Below, in pieces: positions 25,498 to 38,242 of a stretch of 64,000 nt of DNA. Origin of the DNA: Eledone cirrhosa (Eukaryota); contig OZ024762.1 of the NCBI GenBank assembly GCA_964016885.1, positions 15,128,001 through 15,192,000 on the forward strand. Reading direction: 5' to 3'. Position 1 is the first letter of the stretch. Each line of letters starts with the position of its first letter. Below the pieces are notes generated by a model that made no database searches, was not told the DNA's origin, and saw only the letters and a list, made by a program, of their open reading frames with translations. A program made the translations under genes and the position numbers.

Positions 25498-25915
25498 ATA
25501 TATATATATATATATCCATATGTGGTTGACAGCTGAGAGAAAAGATTTCTCAATACTGAAGTAGAGTTTTAATATTCAATTTATTAAGGCTAAATAGTGA
25601 GTCTTGTTACTCTGGAGATAAAGAAGTATATACTCTGGAGATAAAGAAGTATTCCGGCTTTCAGCTCTCTGCTTTCTGAGTTCAAATCCCGCTGAGGTCA
25701 ACTTTACCTTTCATTCTTTCAAGGTCGATAAAAAAAAGTACCAGTCTAGTACTGGGGGCGATTCTTCCTCTATATCTCTTTCCCTTTCTCTCACTTTCTA
25801 TCTTTCTCTGGAAGAAATCTGCTGTATTCAGGCCTGGCTCCGCCAGGCTTAAAATGTCCCCAAAACGCTGTATGTCAATACAGCGCCTCTACAACACTAT
25901 CAGGAATTATGGGAC

Positions 25916-25954
<39 letters not shown>

Positions 25955-25956
<2 letters not shown>

Positions 25957-26229
25957 TCATTTAACGTCTGCTTTTCCCTGCTAGCAAGGGTGGGACGGGA
26001 ACTGATTCTGGCTTGATTTCTACAGCTGGATGCCCTTCCTAACACCAACCTCATTTACAGTGAGTGCTGGGTGCTTTTTTGCCGTGGCGCCTACACGTCC
26101 ACTTTGCAGTGGAATGATAGGGACCCCAGTCCCTATCATCTCATTTCTACAGCTGAGTAAACTGGAGCAATGTGAAATAAAGTGTCTTGCTCAAGGAAAC
26201 AACACATCACCCGGTCTGAGAATTGAACT

Positions 26230-26232
<3 letters not shown>
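25955..26232 (-). mobile_element. CORE-like tRNA SINE, 5'-truncated, inverted relative to 25152-25497
   Basis: Reverse complement of the same family. Confidence 0.8.
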
Positions 26233-26278
<46 letters not shown>

Positions 26279-26645
26279 GATAAATAAAAACATAACAGAT
26301 ATGTTTAGACATTTGTGTTTCTCAATAAGTAAGCTCAATAGACCTTATCTAGAGTGATAAAGACCAATTTAAAAGATATATGTTTATAGAGAGAAAGGGC
26401 CATATATTGTAAGAGAAACAGTATATTGTATATATACCAAATACATATTCTTCTATAGAATATGTATTTGGTATATATACAATATACTGTGTTTCTCTTA
26501 CAAAATATGGCCCTTTCTCTCTTTTATAAACATATATCTTTTCCTCCGTGAGTTTCAGTGATCTGAGGTCTGCTCTCACCACCTCCACCCATGCCTTACG
26601 TGGTCCTCCTCCACTGCATCTTTCTTCCACCGGGAATCCCTGGCA

Positions 26646-26728
<83 letters not shown>

Positions 26729-27107
26729 AATATACATAAATGTATACAAAGACAGGATGTTGTGTTTACATATTTTATTCTGTTGCATAATGTGCATTTC
26801 TTTCTGGTTATATCCGGTGGGTTTAGGAAGTTATGTAAACCATGTCAAGTGGACAAGTGGCCTTCACTATTGAAACCAGAGTGATTTCTAGAGTTCGACT
26901 GAGGAGATGGGACTGTCTGATTTTCCGTTGTTTTTTCCATTGTCTCTGTCCTGTGCACCCCATTTTTGAATATATATATTTAATTTAGGCACAAGGTCAC
27001 CTATATATATATATATTAAATTTGCTAAGGTAAGATTCTTTTGTTATCTTAGCAATTTTAATTTTCTTTCTAGTGCATTGTTTGGTTTTCAAAAGTGTTT
27101 TAATTTG

Positions 27108-27141
<34 letters not shown>

Positions 27142-27410
27142 CCCATGCAAACTGGAAAATGGACGTTAAATGATGATGATGATTATTATATATATATATA
27201 ACTCTTTAATATATATATATCAATGACTACATTATTCCAATTCATCCCCCTTTTTTTTAAAGACCTTAAGGTATAATGCAATTTGAGGAATATTGTGGTA
27301 TTTTGGTTGCTATTTTTAGCTTATCAAGCATACCAAGCCACATAGATAGCTGCCAGTTCTCTCTCTGTCACTTCCTTACCCTCACCCCATACTCATTGCA
27401 TCAGCAGTAA

Positions 27411-27781
27411 GTTCTAGTATCAACAACAGAGAGTGCCACCATCCACCAGATGTATTGACCCAGTTCATCTCATCAACAGTAAGTAGATTGTTCTAGTATC
27501 AACAACAGAGAGTGCCACCATCCACCAGATGTATTGACCCAGTTCATGTCATCAACAGTAAGTAGATTGTTCTAGTATCAACAACAGAGAGTGCCACCAT
27601 CCACCAGATGTATTGACCCAGTTCATCTCATCAACAGTAAGTAGATTGTTCTAGTATCAACAACAGAGAGTGCCACCATCCACCAGATGTATTGACCCAG
27701 TTCATGTCATCAACAGTAAGTAGATTGTTCTAGTATCAACAACAGAGAGTGCCACCATCCACCAGATGTATTGACCCAGTT
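27411..27781. repeat. 79-bp tandem repeat (4.7 copies) containing the DCXR C-terminal codons and stop
   Basis: Unit starts at 27411, 27490, 27569, 27648 and 27727. Confidence 0.9.
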
Positions 27782-27839
27782 GTAGAGTTGGCCTTATCAC
27801 TCAGTAGAAATATCACAGAATTCACAACATCTCCAACTT
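27736..27839 (-). CDS. DCXR: DCXR exon 7 ([16 protein letters not shown]...VDGGTLCC*)
   Basis: tttcag acceptor; TGA at 27738-27736. Confidence 0.92.
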
Positions 27840-30361
27840 CTGAAAATATAAAAGAAAAATAGACCTGAATATAATAATTATTTCTGATTTTAGGCACAAG
27901 GCCAGCAACTTTTTGGAGAGAGTGGGGAAAGTCGATTAAATTGACAAGAGTGAATTACTGGTACTTTATTTTAACTTCGATGGGATTTTAACTCAGAATG
28001 TAATAATAATGGTTTCCGATTTAGGCACAAGGCCAGCAAATTTGAGAGAGGGTAAAGTTGATTAACCCTTTAGCATTTACATTACTCTATATACTGTTAT
28101 ATTTTCACGGTAAAGGCTTTATCTCACATAATATTGAATCTATCCAGTGAGTCCAAGCAGGGGCTCCCACAGGACCACTGAGTACAGTGTCAACTCAGAA
28201 TGTCAGTGAACATATCCATCTAACCTTAGTATCCTCTGTGACACTTTCTAGCTGACTTTTGGGAGGCTCCTGTGCAGCTCTGAGTTCATCCTCAGTGTTT
28301 ACCGATTAACCCTTTAGCATTTACATTACTCCATATATACTATTGTATTTTTGTGGTAAAGGCTTTACCTTACATAATTATCTCACGTAATATCGAATCT
28401 ATGAGATTTTGATATTGTTTTGAGAACAATACCTTAACATAAGTATGAGTGGCTGGTTGCAGCCGATTTGAACAGAAAGAGATGAGAGGACTCTAGCCGG
28501 ATACAGCCGGTTTAAATGCTAAAGGGTTAATGTTCAGAGCCATCCTCAGCATCCCACCCATCCATCATCTGAGTAAGTCTCTTGGTCAGTGTCATTAGAT
28601 AAAAGAAAACCAAAAACAAACCTGCAAATTTTCCCAGTGGGATCCTATTTAACATGGGAACAGCCTTCACAGGATCAGTCCAGTTTTTGATGCCTAATTC
28701 TGTAAGTACAACTGTAGGGTTCACACAGTTAACACGAATCTGAAAGAGAAAAAAAAGGTTCATAAATGTAGTTTCTATTTAATCTGTAGTGTTGGTCCTC
28801 CCTATATTAAATGGGTTTAAATTATCTATCTATGTTTATCTGTCTATGTCTATCTATTATGTATTTCTCCATCTATATTTGTCTCTCTTTCTCTCTCTCT
28901 ATTTGTCTGTCTATCTATTTATCTATCTGTCTTTCTAATTCCGCCGAGGTTAACTTTGCCTTTCATCCTTACAGGATCGACAAAATAAAATACGAGTCAC
29001 ATACTGGGATCAATTTAATAAACTTTCCCTCTCCCAAATTGTTGGCCTTGTGCCTCAACCAGAAACCATCATTTCCTATCTATCTATCTATCTCCATATT
29101 TCTGTTTGTCTCACCACAAGTATTTTTAGTTAGTTTTTAAGGGTGTCTTAATGTGGTACTGTTGTCGCTTAAACACTGACCTGTGGGTTTTCACAACTAA
29201 ATGTAGTATTGTTGGTCCTTTAACATTTACATTACTCTATATATACTATTGTATTTTCACGGTAAAGGCTTTACCTCACATAATATCTCACATAACATTT
29301 ACATTACTCTATATATACTATTGAATTTTCACAGTAAAGGCTTTACCTCACACAATATCTCACATAACATTTACACTACTCTATATATACTATTGTATTT
29401 TCACAGTAAAGGCTTTACCTCACATAACATTTACACTACTCTATATATACTATTGTATTTTCACAGTAAAGGCTTTACCTCACATAATATCTCACATAAC
29501 ATTTACACTACTCTATATATACTATTGTATTTTCATGGTAAAGGTTTTACCTCACATAATATCGAATCTATGAGATTCGGATAATGTTTATTTTGAGAAC
29601 AATACCTTAACGTTGGTATGAGTAGCCAGTTATGGCCGGTTTGAAAAGAAAGAGATGAAAGAATTCTGGCTGGATATGGCCTGTTAAAGAGTTAAACACT
29701 GACTTGTGAGGTTTTACATCTAAAATTCAATCTAGCTGTTGAAAGAAAGAGGCATACTTACACCATGAGGACCAAGTTCAAGGGCCATCACCTTGGTTAA
29801 GGAATCAAGAGCTCCCTTACTGCTGCTATATGCTGCATGGTCTTTTAAAGCAATCAGAGAAGCTTGACTGGAAATGTTGACGATGGAACCGTGTCTTTTG
29901 TCTGCTATCATTCCTTTAGCAATAACCTATGAACAAAATAAACATTTCAATCAACAAGAGAAACTCTACACACACACACATATATATATGTACATGTATA
30001 TATATGTACATATGGCGGCACATGGCTTAGTGGTTAGAGCATTGGCCTTGCAATCGAAAGGTTGTGAGTTCAATTCTCAGACCGGGTGATGTGTTATTTC
30101 CTTGGGCAAGACACTTTATTTCACATTGCTCCAGTTTACTCAGCTGTAGAAATGAGATGATAGGGACTGGGGTCCCTATCATTCCACTGCAAAGTGGTCG
30201 TGCAGGTGACACGGCAAAAAAGCACCCAGCACTCACTGTAAATGAGGTTGGTGTTAGGAAGGGCATCCAGCTGTAGAAATCAAGCCAGAATCAGTTCCCG
30301 TCCCACCCTTGCAAGCAGGGAAAAAGCGGACGTAAAATGAAATGATGAAATGATGATGATG

Positions 30362-30394
<33 letters not shown>

Positions 30395-33300
30395 ACAGTT
30401 GATCGACTTTTGTGAATCGCGTAGCTGACTGGTTAGAGAAATGGATTCGCAATCATGAGGTTGTCAGTTTGATTTCCGGACCAGTCGATATGTTATGTCC
30501 TTGAGCAAGACACTTTATTTCATGTCGCTCCTTCTACCTGGCGTCCGATATATATGTATTTGTATGTATATGTATATATATATGTATGTATCTGTATATA
30601 TGTATATGTCTGTATATATATGTATGTATCTGTATATATGTATATATCATCATCATCGTTTAACGTCCATATTCCACGCTTGCATGGGTTTGGACAGGAG
30701 TTTTCCCACTTGAGGCAAGAGTGGTTGTCTTGCTCGCATAGGACTGTCCGGCGTGTTTTCTACGGCTGGATGCCCTTCTTAACACCAACCACATTTACAG
30801 TGTGGAACTGGGAGGTTTTTACTGTGTTGCCTACACGGCCACATTACAGCGTGGACTGTGTGTTTTTTTGTCGTGACACCTACACGACCTCATTTGTTTC
30901 GGGCTGGATGTTGTGGTACCAACATAACTTTACATTGAAAGGGGTGGTGTGAATATAAATATATATTTCAATCCTTTCTATATTTCTTCTGCCTGTCTCC
31001 CACTTTGTTGATTGTCTCTCTGTTGACCAATGGCCGCTGGTCTCTGTCTTCTGAGGCATTTTTGCCCATCATTTGCCCAGCATTTAGCTGTTTTAATGGC
31101 TGTTCTAGCGATGAGTTTTCTCATTTTTGTATATATCTAATCAAATACACTCTTGCTTCATCTTGATCAGAGACAATATTGTGTTATATATATACATATA
31201 TATCCAGCACACACTGTAAAGTGGTTGTGTAGGAGACAGGGTAAAAAGCACCCAACACACATTGTTAGTGTTAAGAAGGGCATCCAGCAGTAGAAAACCA
31301 GCCAGAAACAGTCATATACAAGCAAGACATAGTCACCTGACCCTACCTGCCTCAAGTGGGACAAACCTGTCTAACCCATGCTAGCGTGGAAAATAGACAT
31401 TAAATGATGATGATGGGAGAAATTTGTGTGAAATCACCTAAAATATAAAAAAAATAAAGGCATAGTGATGTAGTGTTTGTGTGTGTAATGAAGTACCAGT
31501 TATATAATTGGGTACACTTACTTGTGAAACATTAACAACAGCATGGAAATTAACAGCAAATGATCTGAAATAACAATGATTAAATGTTATAAATTTTGTG
31601 AATCAGTTGAGCATCAGAGGACAAAATGCTTTCATATATTTAAACCAGCCTGTTCAAACTGGCTGCATCCGGCTGCTCATACTGATGTTAAGGTATTGTT
31701 TCAAAATAAATATCAAAATCTCATAGATTCTATATTATATAAGATAATTATGTGAGGTAAAGCCTTTACATGAAAATACAATAGTATATATAGAGTAATG
31801 TAAATGCTATGTGAGGTAAAGTCTTTACTGTGAAAATACAATAGTATATATAGAGTAATGTAAATGTTATGTGAGATATTCTGTGAGGTAAAGCCTTTAC
31901 TGTGAAAATACAATAGTATATATAGAGTAATGTAAATGTTATGTGAGGTAAGCCTTTACTGTGAAAATACAATAGTATATATAGAGTAATGTAAATGTTA
32001 TGTGAGGTAAAGTCTTTACTGTGAAAATACAATAGTATATATAGAGTAATGTAAATGTTATGTGAGATATTCTGTGAGGTAAAGCCTTTACTGTGAAAAT
32101 ACAATAGTATATATAGAGTAATGTAAATGTTATGTGAGGTAAGCCTTTACTGTGAAAATACAATAGTATATATAGAGTAATGTAAATGCTATGTGAGGTA
32201 AAGTCTTTACTGTGAAAATACAATAGTATATATAGAGTAATGTAAATGCTATGTGAGATATTCTGTGAGGTAAAGCCTTTACTGTGAAAATACAATAGTA
32301 TATATAGAGTAATGTAAATGTTATGTGAGGTAAGCCTTTACTGTGAAAATACAATAGTATATATAGAGTAATGTAAATGCTATGTGAGGTAAAGTCTTTA
32401 CTGTGAAAATACAATAGTATATATAGAGTAATGTAAATGCTATGTGAGATATTCTGTGAGGTAAAGCCTTTACTGTGAAAATACAATAGTATATATAGAG
32501 TAATGTAAATGTTATGTGAGGTAAGCCTTTACTGTGAAAATACAATAGTATATATAGAGTAATGTAAATGCTATGTGAGGTAAAGTCTTTACTGTGAAAA
32601 TACAATAGTATATATAGAGTAATGTAAATGCTATGTGAGGTAAAGTCTTTACTGTGAAAATACAATAGTATATATAGAGTAATGTAAATGCTATGTGAGA
32701 TATTCTGTGAGGTAAAGCCTTTACTGTGAAAATACAATAGTATATATAGAGTAATGTAAATGTTATGTGAGGTAAGCCTTTACTGTGAAAATACAATAGT
32801 ATATATAGAGTAATGTAAATGCTATGTGAGGTAAAGTCTTTACTGTGAAAATACAATAGTATATATAGAGTAATGTAAATGCTATGTGAGGTAAAGTCTT
32901 TACTGTGAAAATACAATAGTATATATAGAGTAATGTAAATGCTATGTGAGATATTCTGTGAGGTAAAGCCTTTACTGTGAAAATACAATAGTATATATAG
33001 AGTAATGTAAATGTTATGTGAGGTAAGCCTTTACTGTGAAAATACAATAGTATATATAGAGTAATGTAAATGCTATGTGAGATATTCTGTGAGGTAAAGC
33101 CTTTACTGTGAAAATACAATAGTATATATAGAGTAATGTAAATGTTATGTGAGGTAAGCCTTTACTGTGAAAATACAATAGTATATATAGAGTAATGTAA
33201 ATGTTATGTGAGGTAAAACCTTTACTGTGACAATACAATAGTATATATAGAGTAATGTAAATGCTATGTGAGATATTCTGTGAGGTAAAGCCTTTACTGT

Positions 33301-35115
33301 GAAAATACAATAGTATATATAGAGTAATGTAAATGTTATGTGAGGTAAGCCTTTACTGTGAAAATACAATAGTATATATAGAGTAATGTAAATGCTATGT
33401 GAGATATTCTGTGAGGTAAAGCCTTTACTGTGAAAATACAATAGTATATATAGAGTAATGTAAATGTTATGTGAGGTAAGCCTTTACTGTGAAAATACAA
33501 TAGTATATATAGAGTAATGTAAATGCTATGTGAGATATTCTGTGAGGTAAAGCCTTTACTGTGAAAATACAATAGTATAAATAGAGTAATGTAAATGTTA
33601 TGTGAGGTAAGCCTTTACTGTGAAAATACAATAGTATATATAGAGTAATGTAAATGCTATGTGAGATATTCTGTGAGGTAAAGCCTTTACTGTGAAAATA
33701 CAATAGTATATATAGAGTAATGTAAATGTTATGTGAGGTAAGCCTTTACTGTGAAAATACAATAGTATATATAGAGTAATGTAAATGCTATGTGAGATAT
33801 TCTGTGAGGTAAAGCCTTTACTGTGAAAATACAATAGTATATATAGAGTAATGTAAATGTTATGTGAGGTAAGCCTTTACTGTGAAAATACAATAGTATA
33901 TATAGAGTAATGTAAATGTTATGTGAGGTAAGCCTTTACTGTGAAAATACAATAGTATATATAGAGTAATGTAAATGCTAAAGGGTTAATTATGTTTTAA
34001 GTTAAAATCCCACTGAAGTAGACTAAGCTGTTTGTTCTTCCAGATGTTGATGAAATAAGATACCAGTCATACACTGGTGTTGATCTGACTTGACTCCTGC
34101 TGAAAATTGATTTAAAATGATGATGATGAAATTTACAAAAATAGTAATAAAAAAAAGGTTCTGCGATACAAACTTCTCAAAATCTTCCTTGCTGGCATCA
34201 ATAAAGGGACTAAGGAGACCGATAGCTGCATTATTAACCAACAGATCAATGGAACCAAGAGTAGTGACAATTTCACGGGTTCGATCCCAATCACTCAGGT
34301 CACACACAACAGGGGTTATCGTAGGACACTGAAGGAAAACAGAAAAAGGAAAAAAAATATGCTTTAGTCATCTGTAATTTGATGGCTCTCTATAGTGTAA
34401 GGCAGGGGTCAGTCTCAAACTGACAGAACATGAACTGCTGAGGATTTGAAAATATAGCTTGTGGAAAATGTTGTGGAGTGAAGAGCTGCCCTGGGCAACA
34501 TACACTCTGGTGATATAGATGGTGATGATGGGTGTGGTGGTGGTGATAAAGACGGTGATGGTGATTGTGACGATGATTATGATGTTGGCTGTGATAATAA
34601 TAATGATTATGATGATGATGATGATGATTATCATCATGATGGTGCTGATCATAATAGTGATGGTGGTGATGATGGTGGTGGTGATGATGGTGGTGGTGGT
34701 GATGATGGTGGTGGTGGTGATCATGATGCAAATTGTAATGTTAGTTATGATGATGGTGGTGGTGATGATCATGATGATGATGATGATGGTGGTGATGATA
34801 GTTCTAATGATGCTTACTTCCTCAACTAAAGTCTTCAGATGCTCTTCGGTGCGACTTAATGCATAAGTTTTTGCCCCACACTTTGACAGCATTTTTGCAA
34901 CTTCTCGACCGATTCCTTAGATAAAGAAAAAGAATAAAAAGAAAACATTGAAATATGTCGTCCTCATCATCGATTTTACGTCCATTCCCCCCTACCCCCT
35001 GAGGTCAGCTGATGAGAAGGGACTCTCCTATGTCTCATTTGTTTTTCTGATGTCTCCAGTCACCTTTCTTTATTCATTTTCTATGATCTTAGCCACGCAG
35101 GATACTTTTTCAAAT

Positions 35116-35165
<50 letters not shown>

Positions 35166-36593
35166 TCATCATCGTTTAATGTCTATCTTCCACACTAGCA
35201 TGGGTTAGACAGGAATTGTCCCACTTGAGGCAAGATGGATTGGGTGACCGTGTCTCGCTTATATAGGACTGTATCTGGCAGGTTTTCTAGGGCTGGATGC
35301 TCTTCCTAACACCAACCACATTTACAGTGTGGACTGGGAGCCTTTTGACTGTGTCTCCTACACCATCACTTTACAGCGTGGACTGGGAGCCTTTTGACTG
35401 TGTTTCCTACACGATCACTTTACAGCGTGGACTGGGAGCCTTTTTACTGAGTCTCCTACACGATCACTTTACAGCGTGGACTGGAAGCCTTTTTACTGTG
35501 TCTCCTACACGATCACTTTACAGCATGGACTGGGAGCCTTTTTACTGTGTCTCCTACACGATCACTTTACAGCATGGACTGGGAGCCTTTTTACTGTGTC
35601 TCCTACACGATCACTTTACAGCATGGACTGGGAGCCTTTTTACTGTGTCTCCTACACGATCACTTTACAGCATGGACTGGGAGCCTTTTTACTGTGTCTC
35701 CTACACGATCACTTTACAGCATGGACTGGGAGCCTTTTTACTGTGTCTCCTACATGATCACTTTACAGCATGGACTGGGAGCCTTTTTACTGTGTCTCCT
35801 ACACCATCACTTTACAGCATGGACTGGGAGCCTTTTTACTGTGTCTCCTACACGATCACTTTACAGCATGGACTGGGAGCCTTTTTACTGTGTCTCCTAC
35901 ACGATCACTTTACAGCATGGACTGGGAGCCTTTTTACTGTGTCTCCTACATGATCACTTTACAGCATGGACTGGGAGCCTTTTTACTGTGTCTCCTACAC
36001 CATCACTTTACAGCATGGACTGTGTGTTTTTTTTGTCGTGACTCCTACACGACCTCTTTAGTTTGAACTGGATGTTGTGGAACCAACATGACTTTACAGA
36101 GAAGGAATGGTGTTGGTTAGAGTAGGGGTAGTGGGTTGGGGTGTATATTTGGTTAAGAGGTGCCAACCGACTGTAGGTTAACTTATATATATATATATAT
36201 CTTAAATTAAAAAAATGGAGTTAAAGACTCACATTAATCCCCTATAATTTAATGAGTTCAAGAAATAGATTCTGGGCTCTTTATAAATCAGTATATATAG
36301 AGAATTACACAAAGAGGTATGTGTTTAATCATAGGGGATAGAAAACCACCAGAGTGAAGAACATATTGTCTATGAAAAGAAAGGAGAATACAGATCAATT
36401 AAAACAATAAATTAAAATGTACTAACCATTCATTAATAACGATTACACCTGGACATGCTCTAACTATAACATGTTTCACTACAAAAAGTGTAAATTCCAT
36501 ATTGTAAAGGGGTTTTCAACAGGTAGACCAAATATGGTCTACATTTCTAAAAATATATTAAATAACTATCTAATATGCCCTATGATTAAACAC

Positions 36594-36671
<78 letters not shown>

Positions 36672-38242
36672 ATATAAATGTGTGTATATATATGTGTGTG
36701 TATATAAATGTGTGTATATATATATGTGTATATATATATATATATACACACACACAGTGTTAAAACTATCAAATCTTAGTTTAATACATTTATTTGCTGA
36801 CAGTTGTTTCTTCCAGTACCCTCCATATTTATAATTATATATTAAACATATATAAGTATAAATATTGTTTTTATTACTATATTGCCATTCTGAGTTCAAA
36901 TCCCGCCGAGGTCAACTTTGCCTTTCATCCTTACGGGGTCGATAAAATAAAGTACCAGTAATGTACTGGTTTATTGCTCTCCTTGTGCCAAAAGTAGAAA
37001 CAATTATTACTATATATATATAATTGCTTATGGTGCCTTTCTCGAACCCTATCACATAAGCAAAATTTTACGCTAATTAAATTTTATATATTCAAATGAA
37101 GTTCAGATATAAAAAAAAATAAGCTTAAAAAGAATTCATTATATCAAATAAACAAAAAATGAAACATGGTTTGTTCCCCATTCCTGAAATAGTGGGGGCG
37201 GGGGTGCCCCTGGGACCCCCCCCCCCCTGAAACAAGGCCCTTGTTTATAATATACCCTAGCAAATGGTTGTGCCTCAGCTTGATGGCTGCAACAGGTAAG
37301 AGAGAGTTCATATATATCTGCCTCTCTGTTTTGTTCCCGTTCGAGAGCATTAAAAAGATCGGAGGCCATATGAAGTTGATTTAGGTTTATTTATATCCCC
37401 GTGATACATAATTCGCTGAGGACGTCTAGATCGTGTTCATCTACCAATTCTGATGGCCTGGTCTGGTCTCGTTAGACCGTATTAAAAAAAAAATTCAAAA
37501 ACTTGTCTGAGCCAGATTTCTAATTTATATATACCTAATATCTATAAACGTGTAAGGCAACTTTGTAAACTAGTTGTTGTTTTACATCAGGCTTGTTTGA
37601 ACAGATTTCTAATGGTTTCTAATTAGAGTAAATAATTAAGTTTATTTGTCAACGTAACCGTCGTCGTCATGATATTACAAATAAAAAGAGAAAGGTAAAA
37701 AACACACACAAGCAGGTAATACACACATCTAGGACCACATGCAACAAAAAGTAAGCGAAAGGGGTAGACAAACGAATCGCTGCCAGAGCAAAAGATTAGG
37801 TCCAAAGTCGACAATTTTTTAAAAAAGAAAGTCGATCATACCGATTCTAGTATTTTACCGGTATTTTATTTAATCGACCTCGAAAAGATGAAAGGCAAAG
37901 TTGACCTCAGCGGGATTCGAAACCAGAACCTAATTAGGCAGGCCATAACGAAATACCGCAACGTCTCTGTCAACCGACAACCATCATTAAGTAAATATTT
38001 ATAATAAAAGGCGTTACAACCACGACCATCTCGTCATTCTTTTTATCCAATTAGTGTATGTAGGAAATTAATTATTTAGTCTATAACTGTCTCCAACCGT
38101 ATTTTTCTTTTTTTAATACGTAAAACTACAAAACACGATTGACATAAGTTTGTGTCATATCGTAAACAAATTTTTCAGAATAGAAATTACCTCGTCCCGC
38201 TCCAGTAACAAGAGCTTTCAGACCATGGAAAGTTATTTCCAT
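27736..38242 (-). CDS. DCXR: L-xylulose reductase / dicarbonyl reductase (SDR family), 7 exons, 244 aa
   Basis: Exons 38242-38191, 34915-34818, 34328-34174, 31564-31522, 29926-29762, 28739-28622 and 27839-27736 join in phase (735 nt). Motifs [45 protein letters not shown] and VDGG are present. Confidence 0.94.
28310..28526 (+). mobile_element. piggyBac-like MITE, unexpanded 217-bp form
   Basis: TTAA|CCCTTTAGCATTTA ... TAAATGCTAAAGGG|TTAA (14-bp TIR, TTAA TSD). Confidence 0.85.
28622..28739 (-). CDS. DCXR: DCXR exon 6 ([16 protein letters not shown]...IPLGKFA)
   Basis: tttcag acceptor, gtttgt donor. Confidence 0.94.
29218..29695 (+). mobile_element. piggyBac-like MITE with ~5 internal units
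   Basis: Same internal unit and right-hand body as 28310-28526; TIRs degenerate. Confidence 0.7.
29762..29926 (-). CDS. DCXR: DCXR exon 5 (catalytic S and YxxxK)
   Basis: catag acceptor, gtaagt donor; [11 protein letters not shown]...[11 protein letters not shown]. Confidence 0.94.
30013..30360 (+). mobile_element. CORE-like tRNA SINE, full length
   Basis: Same family as 25152-25497. Confidence 0.82.
31522..31564 (-). CDS. DCXR: DCXR exon 4 ([14 protein letters not shown])
   Basis: ttcag acceptor, gtaagt donor. Confidence 0.9.
31637..33985 (-). repeat. piggyBac-like MITE expanded into a ~2.2-kb satellite array
   Basis: Ends in TAAATGCTAAAGGG|TTAA at 33985; about 35 units of 59/60/72 bp. 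Confidence 0.88.
34174..34328 (-). CDS. DCXR: DCXR exon 3 ([15 protein letters not shown]...LLVNNAA...)
   Basis: ttcag acceptor, gtttgt donor. Confidence 0.92.
34818..34915 (-). CDS. DCXR: DCXR exon 2 ([33 protein letters not shown])
   Basis: ctaag acceptor, gtaagc donor. Confidence 0.92.
35320..36050. repeat. 49-bp minisatellite (~15 copies) expanded inside an RTE-tail element
   Basis: Unit TACACGATCACTTTACAGCATGGACTGGGAGCCTTTTTACTGTGTCTCC; flanks match single-unit copies at 30650-30950 and 21850-22210. Confidence 0.88.
38191..38242 (-). CDS. DCXR: DCXR exon 1 ([17 protein letters not shown])
   Basis: ATG at 38242; gtaatt donor. Confidence 0.92.

Noticed and set aside
34368-34892. 174-aa ORF with poly-Ile/Thr and overlapping poly-His ORF
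   Set aside because: Only 34818-34915 is the DCXR exon; the rest is read-through into a (GAT/GGT)n intron repeat.
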